A stretch of 64,000 bases of DNA, from positions 179,490,001-179,554,000 of the forward strand of contig NC_042997.1 of the NCBI RefSeq assembly GCF_006345805.1. Reading direction: 5' to 3'. This DNA is from Octopus sinensis (taxonomy: Eukaryota). Both the position numbers and the translations under genes were made by a program. Below are positions 43,216 through 54,691 of this stretch, piece after piece. The notes under the pieces were generated by a model. That model was not told the origin of the DNA. It did not search any database and worked only from the letters and a program-made list of their open reading frames with translations. Numbering within the stretch: the stretch's first letter is position 1; each line of letters begins with the position of its first letter.

Positions 43216-43967
43216 TAATATATGTTTTGAATGTTCTCTTCCGTTTTTAGTCATTTAAATTCTTCGTCTGAGGAAGGACCTGCTTTCTAGCAAACATACA
43301 AAGTTCCGCCGTCGGAAAGTAGATAACGAAAACAATGTCACATTTTAAACTTCTGAAAAGTCTTGCGTATTTCTATGGTTCCACTAACAAACGGTATTTG
43401 ATTTCATTTTGTGAAAATTCAGGCTTTTCTAGACAGTTAGTTATGTATGTATGAATGTATGAATGTGTGTATGCATGTATGTTTGTGTGTATGTATGTAT
43501 GTGTGTATGTGTGTATGTGTGTATGTATGTGTGCATGTATGTGTGTATGTATGTATGTATGTATGTATGTATGTATGTATGTATGTATGCGTGCATGTAT
43601 GTATGCATGTACATGCTTGTATGTGTGTAGGCATATACGCACACGTAGGCATGCAGACATAGGTTCACACACTCCGTCGTAAGTGGAGTATTCAACGTTT
43701 CTTACACAATATATATGATAGAAGGAAAAAATGAAAAAAGCACAGCAGAGTTTTGCAACCTCTGTAATTGAATAACAGGTTTCATGTGATGGGGAACCCA
43801 ACTTAACATAAGACGACCGAATATTGTAGGTGAGAGAAACTTGGAAGGTATGTAAAGATGTAAGTGCCTATGTATATGTGCATGTGTATTATGTATGTAT
43901 ATGCACATGTATGTATGTATGTATGTATGTATGTATGTATGTATGTATGTATGTATGTATGTATGTA

Positions 43968-44480
43968 CAACCTGTTGCATGGTCGGGTCGTCGGCGACTA
44001 AACCGCCAACCCCACCAAGCTTGCTTGGTGAGGAGGGTGTTTATTGGGCACCCTGCGGGATGAAAAACAAAACCCGTCAAAGGGCGGAGGAACTCTTGAG
44101 AGTCAACGGCCATCCAATAAATGTCTTAAGGCTGGATCATGCGCCGAGACATAGAAATAATCGGACTGAATACCCGATCGCACAGTTAAACCATTGGGAG
44201 TGAAGGACTCCTAGCCTTTGTTAGGGCATCCTTCTAGGAGAAGGTAACTTAGGTAACTGGGATAACTCCGATATAAAACCTGCGGCTCTGTGGTTACCGA
44301 TGATGTTGACTTGTTCTTCTTTTCGGATTATGGCTGCTGTTGCTTAGTGAGTGGGGTTGACTCAGTGCACAGCCTTTCCCCACTTTCAAAAAAATCTTCT
44401 TGCACAGACATTGCACAATAACAACATTGATTAAGTTTCGTTCAATGGCCATACTCGATAACGAGGGGGTAGCCACCATG
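43968..44480. mobile_element. ~510-bp GC-richer non-coding element between (TATG)n arrays, resembling an RTE-type LINE 5' UTR derivative
   Basis: Sharp microsatellite boundaries, several local hairpins, and GGCATCC..TAGGAGAAGG..AAC motif recalled from RTE-type 5' UTRs. Confidence 0.45.
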
Positions 44481-45864
44481 TATGTATGTATGTATGTACG
44501 TATGTATCATTATTCAATTTTTTTTCAAGGTATCTTGCTAATAAAGAAATATCGGTTTCTAAGCTAGATCTAAAGTTCCTTCGTTGAAATTTCAATAACA
44601 CAATATAATATTTTTGTATGTATGTGTGTACATGTGCAGTTTTCAGAGTTAGTGCAGATTTATATTCTTTGTTTTATGCATGTATTCTCACGTATATAAT
44701 TACATGTCTAGACCTGCGCATATATACTTAAATAATAAACTTCTGTACAGTTTTACGAAATTTTACAGTTTCAGTGATGGCCTGTAATGGTAGTCCTTGA
44801 ATCAGCGTTCTCCTTTCGGTTTTTGAAGAGCCTAATTTCTCAAGATTGATACGAAGATAGTGTTACATGTCCCAGTGCCCCAATAATTACATGTATGAAC
44901 CTGAACTTGTAATCTGGGTAAAGTGATAGTAGATTTCACAACAGTTCAGCGTAGATATTTTTTTCGATGATCTTTCGCTTTATGTTTACAGCTGCTGGGC
45001 TCTACTTCCGTACATACACATGTATGTCCCTTCTATTTTTTAATTAGTATATATCTTCCACTGAGAAGGGAGCCGGTTTCTAATAAATTACGAGGCTCCA
45101 TCTTTGAGATGTAGTTAACACAAACAAATTCACATTTGGAACTTGAGAAAAGTCTTGTATATTATCACAGTTCCACTCACAGGAATGAGCCGGTCGATTT
45201 CTCTTGTATGTATGTATGTATGTATGTATGTATACAAAACCTACGGAAGAAATTTGCCAAAGCGAAAAAATGACTGCTTTCGAAGAGGGTCATAGCACTG
45301 CCAGCTGTCCCTGGATGGATGTGCAGTCTGAACTCCACTCTTATAGACTTTATGCATACATACATAAGTACATACCTACATACATATATAATATTATGTA
45401 CGTATGAATGTATGTATGCATATATGCCTATGTGTATGTGTGTGGGTGTGTTTCACTATAATGTTTGCCTGAAGCCCAGCACAGATGTTCCAAGTGCATA
45501 TTAAGCCTCAACAACAACAATTTTTTGTGTCGAGTTCTTATTCGCAGAGAATAGGTGGTGGTTGAGCATCTATCGCCGAACTCCAAACGGTCATAATGAT
45601 AGAATGCGTGGAGGAATATTAATATAAACATGTGTATCCTTATTTTCCTTACACAGGTGCAACAAAGGGAGATATTTTTGCGATTAACTTAAACAGAACT
45701 TTCCATTAGATATATTTCTAAATTTTTCTACCGATACAATGTAAATCACCCATTACGTATTTAGAAGCTTTTCGAAATACGGGTATGTTTCGAGTCTATA
45801 ATGTATATTGAGCCTTTTAATCGTCAAAGATATTTAACTTGCTAGGTCTGTTATGCGAAGTTAA

Positions 45865-46595
45865 TTCGTCTGTCGTCGACGATGACGAAGGGAATCACAT
45901 GGGAGAAAGAGACGTGCCACAGTGTGTCCGGCTGTGGCCAATCACTCCGATGCGTGCTCGGAAGACTGCAGTAGGTTGAGTACCAGTGGTCTGTTGGAAC
46001 TGAAGCCAATGTGTTGTCTTGGATTTGCCTAGTTCACGTTTTCTTTCTGCCTTTGAAATCCTGTTCTGTACGTAAAATGTGGCCCTACAGTTGGTTCACC
46101 TTCGTCAGGCGGAGCAGTCTTTTGCTTGCATCTCCAAGGTATTGGCTTTGGTCTCAAAGTTGTTAGACGGATTTCGAGTGAGTCCTTGAAGCTCTTTTTT
46201 CTGTCTACTGTGCGTGCGAGTCAAGTGTCATGCTTGGAGAATCACGTGTCAAGCTTTCAAAGAAGGTGCCCTACCAGACTGATTTGCACTCTCCTCAGCA
46301 TTGTGTTAATGCTTGACGGATCAGCACGTGACAGGATCTTATGTCTGGGACCTTGTATTGCTAGGTGATTTTCAATAGCTTTCTCAAGCAGATCATGTGG
46401 AAGCAGTTAAGCTTTTTGCGTGGTGTTTGTAGACCATCCAAGTCTTGCAGGCGTACAGTGGCATTAGGCAGTACAACTGCCTGGTACACCTTCAACTTGG
46501 GGACTAGCCCAATTCCACTCCTCTCCCACACTGATCCACGTAGCTGCAAGAATGCTGAGCTTCCCCTAGCGATACTTTTGTTATATATACGCACA
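45865..46595 (-). mobile_element. RTE (BovB-like) LINE 3' fragment, degenerate
   Basis: IARGSSAF..LRGSVWERSGI.L..KLKVYQAVVL; KKLNCFHMICLRKLLKI; VFRARIGVIGHSRTH; tail GTCATCGTCGACGACAGACGAA. Confidence 0.9.
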
Positions 46596-46604
46596 CTACT
46601 TTTG

Positions 46605-46632
<28 letters not shown>

Positions 46633-46635
<3 letters not shown>

Positions 46636-46889
46636 GTAGGGAATATAATTCCAAACTTACAGGAAAAAATTCAATTTAGCAATTCTAAATCAAATTTCAC
46701 ATTATATAATATATGATTAAGAGAAATAACCTCTATTAAGTAATTCAATAGTGAAAGACATTATCTATATCATATAGAAAAAGAATAAATATACTATAAT
46801 AATTATTATTCTAAAAATCACAAGTAATTTTTTCTACATGATATTGTCTTTCACTATTGAATTACTTAATAACGGTTATTTCTCTTAAT

Positions 46890-46890
<1 letters not shown>
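46633..46890. repeat. AT-rich insert with ~65-bp inverted repeat, flanked by (TA)n
   Basis: Arms 46716-46782 and 46829-46890 (ATTAAGAGAAATAACC..TATTAAGTAATTCAATAGTGAAAGACA and its reverse complement). Confidence 0.85.
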
Positions 46891-46957
<67 letters not shown>

Positions 46958-47178
46958 TCATATATCTATCATTCTTTGGCTTCAACAAACAGGCTAAATC
47001 AACACTGTTTTTGATAAAGAATTATTATGAATACTTAATCTACAGAAAGTCTTGAGTGATCCTTCAATTTAATGTAAAATTGCATTTAAGTAAATATGTC
47101 TTGATCTAGCAGAACCATAATGAAATCCATACCATTCGTACACTTCTGTCTTTCGTTTTAGAGCAAACTTTATCAAAT

Positions 47179-47568
47179 ACTAGCAGTATCGCCCGGTGTT
47201 GCTCGGGTTTGTTTCCACCCTTTAGAATTGGAATTTTTGAAAAGTAAATTTTGCATTATGTAGCTTGTTATTCTCTTTAAGTGAACATTTTTCTGGTTGA
47301 AATACATCGAAATGTGACGACGCAGCTATCATTAATCGTAAAAAATAGGGATATTCATAACAAAAAAAGCACCTTTTTGATATAAATAATTTTTGGTGTT
47401 AACATGGTCCGATTTGAATGTTTTCTTCCACGAAAGGAAGAGCAAGCCGTCTTCTATCATACTCTTAATTTTGGTCAACTTGCGCCGCAGGGTCTCGTAG
47501 GAGATAGTGTTAGGTGAAGGCTACCAAACCTGCCATACACAGACAACTTCAGTTTTATATAGAGAGAT
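47179..47568 (+). mobile_element. Non-autonomous Helitron-like (Lep1/HINE-type) element
   Basis: 5' ACTAGCAGTATCGCCCGGTGTTGCTCGGG hairpin end and 3' TTTTATATAGAGAGAT end, typical of this class. Confidence 0.7.
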
Positions 47569-48690
47569 TACATAATTCAATGTGTCCTTTATTCATTAAA
47601 GATGGCAGGTGTTATTTAGAGTGGTATTTGGCTGCTATTCCTAGCAGATCAAGTAAATTGATATATGCTTTTGGTTGGATTTGGATGTATGTAAAAATAA
47701 TACGTTATATTAGAAGTTGCAGATCTCACCGTGTTGCGTTATACAAACATGTTTAGACACATGGGAAACGACAGCAGATGCTGGTGTAATATAGCAATAT
47801 AAAAAGTAAATGAAATGGATAGTGTACGTAGCCCGTTATACAGAACTAACTAATACAGATATAATTAAAAGTATGCAATATCAGTGTCAGTTTACAAATC
47901 ATAATTACATATGTAATGAGAGGAAAGAAAACGAAAGGTAGGTTTGACACTGGTATATATTTACCAATTTACACTTCTCGACGAAATACTAGAAGCCGTG
48001 CCAATTAGTAATTGCAATCATCAGAAGCGAACATAAAAAGCTGAGACGCTAGAATGGTGTAACAATTGATAATCTAACAGACAATCTCAGATAAAAGTAA
48101 ATTTACCATGAGTTAATTACCATCAACGTGATGCAGCTAAATAACTGAAATGATAATCTATCAACAAATTAACTTGCTATTAATATTTCAGATATGTTAT
48201 GGAGTTTATAAGATTTCTTCGTACATGCATATGGATCTTTTAAAATTAATATTTGATTCAAAAGCGAATGTCGTTGAAGATTTGTATGCTGTGGAATTAT
48301 TATCATTGTTTCTCATTAATGTGTGTGTATGTGTGTGTGTGCGTACATGCGTGGGTGCATGCGTGCGTGAGTATCTCTCTATATATAGGTATATAATTAC
48401 CGATATAAGTATATAAGTGCCATTCAGCTACACCTGATATATTTCAGTAGAGAAGAGACTGGTTTCAGATGTGACGTGCTTAAGAATAGTTAACATACAT
48501 TGTGTATAGCAGCCATTTAAGAAGGTGTAACTAATAAAACATAGATAAAAGAAATTTAATACAAAAATGACAAAAAGGCCTGCAAGATATGAAAAAGTTA
48601 AACAAACTAATATAATTAAATTATAAATAGACTCTTAGATACAATAGGTATGATCTATGAAAAACTCAACTCAGCCTCTTACTTTTTTTT

Positions 48691-49008
48691 GACCCTTTTC
48701 AAGCCTAGCCAGGTTCATGGGCCCGGTTTCCCGGATTCTATGGCGTATGTCTTCCCCCCAGCTGGATGGGACGCCAGTCCATCGCAGCGTTACTCAAGAA
48801 GCAGGAAGAAAGAGTGAGAGAAAGATGGGGGGAAAAATACAACAGGGGTCGCCACCACCTCCTGCCGGAGCCTCGTGGAACTTTTAGGTGTTTTCGCTCA
48901 ATAAACACACACACACACACACACACACACACCGCCCGGTCTGGGAAATGAAACCACGACCCTCCGACCGCGAGTCCGCTGCCCTAACCACTAGGCCATT
49001 ACGCCTCC
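48691..49008 (-). mobile_element. Full-length SINE family C
   Basis: Minus-strand head GCGTAATGGCCTAGTGGTTAGGGCAGCGG..GGTTTCATTTCCC, body and tail as in 13731. Confidence 0.9.
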
Positions 49009-49258
49009 ACACCCTCGTACTACTGATGCATTTAAAATTTATTGCTATCAAATTATATTCAAAACATAATATTCGAAATTTAAAACATAGGTAAGATATT
49101 AATAAAATGCATAAACGTGATTCTGCGTGATCAAATAGTCTACTATCAACATTGATATGAGTCGTAAAGAAGAAATTCAATAAGTAACATGTTAAGAAAA
49201 GATTAAGATAAATCGTAAACCGAAAGTGCTTCATTACAAGCACTTTAATATTAAATGA

Positions 49259-49575
49259 GAGGAAGCGCAATGGCCCAGTGGTTAGAGCAGCGGGCTCGCG
49301 GTCGTAGGATCGCGGTTTCGATTCCCAGACCGGGCATTGTTAGTGTATATTGAGCGAAAACACCTAAAGCTCCACGAGGCTCCGGCAGGAGGAGTGGTGG
49401 TGAACCCTGCTGTACTCTTTCACCATAACTTCCTCTCACTCATTCTTCCTGTTTCTGTTGTACCTGTATTTCAAAGGCCAGCCTTGTCACACTCTGTATG
49501 ACGCTGAATCTCCCCGAGAACTACGTGAAGCGTACACGTGTCTGTGGAGCACTCAGCCATTTGCGCGTTAATAAA
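49259..49575 (+). mobile_element. SINE family C head/body (49259-49452) fused to family D body (49450-49575)
   Basis: A-box TGGCCCAGTGG and B-box-like GTTTCGATTCC; the switch occurs after CTTCCTGTTTCT. Confidence 0.75.
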
Positions 49576-49679
49576 TGTGCTGCGACGTCACTGGTGCCAA
49601 GCTGTATCAGCCTTTGCCTTTCCCTTGGATAACATCAGTGACATTGAGAGGGGAGGCCAGTATGCATGGGCGACTGCTA

Positions 49680-49986
49680 GGATTGCACCTAGAAAGTTAC
49701 CCTCCTTGGCACAAGTCCGGGCAAAGTTGTTTATGGAAGACCAGTATTCGCCCATGCATACTGGCCTCCCCTCTCCACGCCAAAAGTGTTATCCAAGGGA
49801 AAGGCAAAGGCCGACACAGCTTGGCACCTGTGACGTCGTAACTCATTTCTACAGCTGAGTGAACTGGAGCAACGTGAAATAAAGTGTCTTGCTCAAGAAC
49901 ACAACACGCAGCCTGGTCCAGGATTCGAACTCACAACCGCATGATCATAAGCTCGACGCTCTAACCACTGAGCCATGCGCCTTCAC
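49680..49986 (-). mobile_element. tRNA/CORE-type SINE with a family D-type head
   Basis: Minus strand GAAGGCGCATGGCTCAGTGGTTAGAGCG..GTTCGAATCC..TTCTTGAGCAAGACACTTT. Confidence 0.85.
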
Positions 49987-50142
49987 ACTCGTGCATAGAT
50001 TTAGGTGTCAAAACAGGAAATTCACCATTACACGTTTCAAGTGATAAGAAATACAAAGATTGACATATTAGATAGATATGTAAGGAATTTTCTATTAGAA
50101 ATTCTTCAGACAGAGAAATTAAATTAAATTAAATGATATAAT

Positions 50143-50660
50143 GCAATAGCCTTGTGGTTAGGGCAGCGGACTAGCGGTCGGGGGATCGCGATTTCGATTC
50201 CCAGACCAGGCATTGTGTATGTTTATTGAGCGAAAACACCTAATAGCTCCACGAAGCTCCGACAGGGGATGGTGGCGACCCCAGTTATACTCTTTCGCCA
50301 CAACTTTCTCTCACTCTCTCTTCTTGTTTCTTGAGTAACTATTTCTTTATTGCCCACAGGGGGCTAAACATAGAGGGGACAAACAAGGACAGACAAAGGG
50401 ATTAAGTCAATTACATCGACCCCAGTGCGTAACTGGTACTTATTTAATCGACCCCGAAAGGATGAAAGGCAAAGTCGACCTCGGCGGAATTTGAACTCAG
50501 AACGTAGCGGCAGACGAAATACGGCTACACATTTCGCCCGGCGTGCTAACGGTTCTGCCAGCTCTGCGATAGACTGACCTACAGTCCAGCTGGGGGGAAC
50601 ACATGCGCCATAGAAACCGAGAAACCGGGTGCATGAGCCTGACTAGGCTCGAAAAGGGCG
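50143..50660 (+). mobile_element. SINE family C interrupted by an antisense family A copy (50341-50563)
   Basis: Target GAGTAAC|CTGCGATAGACT is contiguous (GAGTAACGCTGTGATAGACT) in the 13731 copy. Confidence 0.88.
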
Positions 50661-51170
50661 ACGTTTAAATTCTCGCTGAAGAATTCCTAAAGGAAATTCC
50701 TTACATGACCATCTAAAATGTAAAACTTCGTAATTCCTTTCAGCAAATGAAACACGTGTAATGTTAGATAAATAACAACCACAAATTTCCAATTTCCTGG
50801 TTTGTAATACAATAACTCTGCAACTAATATTTCAGTAATTCTCTATTTTAACGTATATTTTTTTTTACTCTCGAACAGCAGGAATTGAGACAATATATTG
50901 GATTGAAAACATGCATTAAGCAAATGTGCTTCAAGCAGAAACAGTTGGGATTTACCCTAACTACCTACACAACACACACACACATACATACATTTATAAT
51001 TATATACATACATACATATAAGTGTATATATATATATAAAATAGTAAAAAGTGAAAATATTGACTCAAATATATATTTTTTAACCTTTTAAAACAAGCCT
51101 TCTGTAGTTTTTTCACTTTTTACTATTTTCTATATATTCAACCACGTGCTTTCACACACCAACTGTCTCA

Positions 51171-51220
<50 letters not shown>

Positions 51221-51754
51221 TATATACATACATATATGTACATATCTACATATATTATATATATATAATATAAGTAAATATGAGAGCGATAGTATTATCA
51301 AAATACCACCACTAGTGTTGAGCGAGTATCAGCCGTACAGACAAATTAATAACATAGATATATAGTTAAGACATGCTTATCTATATGCATATATATATAT
51401 ATGCATATATATTTACACTTTTTATCCGAGGGGAGACAATGCGAGCAACAACCACAGGAAAATCAGAAAATCCACAGAATGACCAAACACACACAAATCT
51501 TTATATACTCATTTATATCTATAAAGCTCGAAATTTAGTAATATATAAATATATCATATAAAAATATAAATTTTGCTTATAACACCTTGAATTTACGCTT
51601 AAAATATTTAGTATAAATGTGTTACAATAAGAGAATTAAATATAATAATAATAATAAATAAAAATAAAGCATACAAGGCATATTAAAAGACGAATTAAAC
51701 TCCTAGCGAAATGTACAGAGAAGATAATAATTATACAAGTTTACAAAGATACAC

Positions 51755-51850
51755 AGAAGTCCATCTACGGGCCGTTTCGGAGACGCGCCAATTAATATTA
51801 TTAGACATATCATATACTTAAAATTGGCACTCCCCTCATCAGGATGTCCT
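51755..51850 (-). ncRNA. Type I hammerhead ribozyme, canonical core, extended stem II
   Basis: Minus strand CATC-CTGATGA-GGGGAGTGCCAATT..AATTGGCGCGTCTCC-GAAA-CGGCCCGT-A-GATG; GUA triplet. Confidence 0.85.
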
Positions 51851-52235
51851 ATACATACAAGACATAGTAAATGTAAACAAATACACAATCACATACTGGC
51901 CATATTCGGAACCGAAATATTAGGTACTCCCAGAAATTTTTCTCCGGTCCTGAATGCTATTTTATACACATATAATTCGACCCAGCAGCCATTGTAAATG
52001 GTATGCACGCAGTGCCATCTGGACCATTTTACATCTGCACTTATTTTATTTTATTTTATTTTATTTCAATCTTTTAAATTCCCACATACTTGCAAAGCCA
52101 AATATCCGGGTTCAAGTCCTTGACACATTTTATACTAATAGCTATTTTTTCTTTTAATAATTACATTACTTTAGTTTTATTTCATTTACTACTTACTCTG
52201 CTTACTAAATTTAATTCAATTGTTATTGCTTAGCT

Positions 52236-52410
52236 CTAACTTTTATTGCTATTTCTATTTCTAAATTTCTTATGGAACGTCGAGTGGATCCTATGCGTAC
52301 ACGCTGGTATTGCACCAGTGAACTTATTTAACACTGCGTTGATGTAATTTTTCAATATAGTATATGCTTCCCTTATGCATAAACCGCATCTAGTGGGCCC
52401 AATTCTATAA
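52236..52410 (-). pseudogene. C-terminal ~55 codons of a PLE GIY-YIG ORF
   Basis: SYRIGPTRCGLCIREAYTILKNYINAVLNKFTGAIPACTHR resembles the Y..G..RC.LC..E...I....LN(K/R)....C.H terminus of one PLE lineage (Naiad-like; clade needs phylogeny). Confidence 0.7.
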
Positions 52411-52543
52411 GATGTGTCAAGGACTTCAACCCGAATATGTGGCATTGCATGTATGTGGAAATTTAAAAGATTGAAATAAAATAAAATAAAATAAGTGCAA
52501 ATGTGAAATGGTCCAGATGGCGCTGCGTGCATAGCATTTACAT

Positions 52544-52638
52544 AGGAGATCCTGATGAGGGGAGTGCCAATTTTAAGTATATGATATCTCCAATAATATT
52601 AATTGGCGCGTCTCCGAAACGGCCGTAGATGGACTTCT
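52544..52638 (+). ncRNA. Type I hammerhead ribozyme, canonical core, extended stem II
   Basis: ATC-CTGATGA(52552-58); GGGGA/TCTCC + GTGCCAATT/AATTGGCGC stem II; GAAA(52616-19); palindromic ACGGCCGT; A52627 cleavage site; GAT. Confidence 0.87.
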
Positions 52639-53180
52639 GTATATCTTTGTAAACTTATATTTTTATAAACTTGTATAATTATTATCTTCTATGTACATTT
52701 CGCTAGGATTTTAATTCGTCTTTTAATATGCCTTGTATGCTTTATTTATATTTATTATTATTATATTTATTTCCCTTATTGTAACAAATTTATACTAAAT
52801 GTTTTAAGCGTAAATTCAAGGTGTTATATGCAAAATTTATAGTTTTATATGATATATTTATATATTACTAAATTTTTAAATTTTTGAATGTCGGGCTTTA
52901 TAGATATAAATGAGTATATAAAGATTTGTATGTGTTTGGTCTATCTGTGGATTTTCTGATGTCCCTGTGGTTGTTGCTCACATTGTCTCCCCTCGGATAA
53001 AAAGTGTATACAGCTCATTAGAGCACTTCTATTTCCAGTCCGTTGTATATCTTGAGCGTTGTTGTCATTCAAGATATAAATTTTTATTTTGTAAATATGC
53101 ACATATATATGCATATACATATATACATACATATATATACATGTATATACATATATAGATATATACATACATATATATAT

Positions 53181-53222
<42 letters not shown>

Positions 53223-53864
53223 GCTTGGGTAAAAAGTACCTCTTGAGAGCAATTCCTAGTTGGAGCCTGAATTGAAACTAATATGTAGCACTCTGTGTTT
53301 GTGTGCCTGTGTTGTGTGTGCGTATATATAGATAAATACACACACACATATATATATATATACATATGGTTGTGTGTGTGTATGTGTGTATCTGTATGTG
53401 TGTGTGTGTCCTAGTTCATGTTTCTGTTTCTTTAAAACAGAATTCGGTTTAGCATGAAAATAATAACATAGCCAAATCGATAAAATACGAACACCTTCAA
53501 TAAGCAGCGGGGTTGCTATTATTGTCTAAAACTGAACCTTGAAGATGTACACCAGTATGGCTGCAGTCCAATGACTGAAACCAGAAGTAACTAAAACAAC
53601 AAATAGACACATACGTACACGTACCCATAGAGTGAATGATATATATATATATATAGCGAGGTAAATATAGATATATCTGTGTGTAAATATGTGCATGCGC
53701 GTATGTATAGTGTGCGCGCGCGCGTGTGTATATTTACGAGCGAGTGGACATATGAAAGACGGTGGTGCGCAGCAGAATGGTTAGGAGTTACGTATATTGT
53801 TAAATAACAGTTTAATTGGCTCCATGAACTAGAATTTTCGTGGGGATCGTCAAACGAGCGTATC

Positions 53865-54440
53865 TTATTTCTTTATTGCCCGCAAGCGGCTAAACATAGA
53901 GGGAACACACAAGGACAGACAAAGGGATGAAGTCGATTACATCGACCCCAGTGCGTAACTTCGAAAGGATGAAAGGCACAGTCGACCTCGGCGGAATCTG
54001 AACTCAGAACGTAGCGGCAGACAAAATACCTATTTCTAAACTACCCACAAGGTGCTAAACACAGAGAGAACAAGCAAGGACAGACACACGGATTAAGTCG
54101 ATTACATTGACCCAGTGCGTAACTGGTACTTATTTAATCGACTTCGAAAGGATGAAAGGCACAGTCGACCTCGGCGGAATCTGAACTCAGAACGTAGCGG
54201 CAGACAAAATACCTATTTCTAAACTACCCACAAGGTGCTAAACACAGAGAGAACAAGCAAGGACAGACAAATGGATTAAGTCGATTATATCAAACCAGTG
54301 CGTAACTGGTACTTATTTAATGGGCCCCGAAAAGATGAAACGCAAATTCGACCTCGGCGGAATTTGAACTCAGAACGTAGCGGCAGACGAAATACCGCTT
54401 ACCATTCGCCCGGCGTGCTAACGATCCTGCCAGCTCGCTG
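53865..54440 (-). mobile_element. Head-to-tail trimer of SINE family A (183-bp period)
   Basis: Junction AAATACCTATTTC at 54024 and 54207; only the rightmost unit keeps the tRNA head. Confidence 0.92.
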
Positions 54441-54652
54441 CGTTGTCGTACCTAAACCCGATCAACTGGGTTCATTTGTCGAGCCCACGAAACTTTAAGT
54501 TGCATAGAGCCGAATCGAACTACTATTAAATAATACACGCGTGTGCATACATATATTTACGTATATGTGTGTGTTTGTGCGTGCGCGTGTATATGCATGT
54601 ATGAATTATACATACATATGTGATGTTTACTGCATGTCCATGAAGAGTGGAC

Positions 54653-54691
<39 letters not shown>

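Larger units (their letters stand above)
51414..53008 (-). mobile_element. 5'-truncated PLE 3' end (sense on minus, 52405-51414) plus an inverted copy of its terminal ~600 bp, forming a 1.6-kb fold-back
   Basis: Arms 51414-52134 and 52406-53008, roughly 90% identical by eye; each carries an HHR; the spacer encodes a PLE endonuclease C-terminus. Confidence 0.85.

Noticed and set aside
43261-43330. CTGAGGAAGG.. / CCGACGGCGGAAC.. as a hammerhead remnant
   Set aside because: Neither strand gives a closed stem II followed by GAAA.
49259-49986. tRNA genes at the A-box/B-box sequences
   Set aside because: They are SINE heads continuous with SINE bodies; no acceptor stem or cloverleaf closure.
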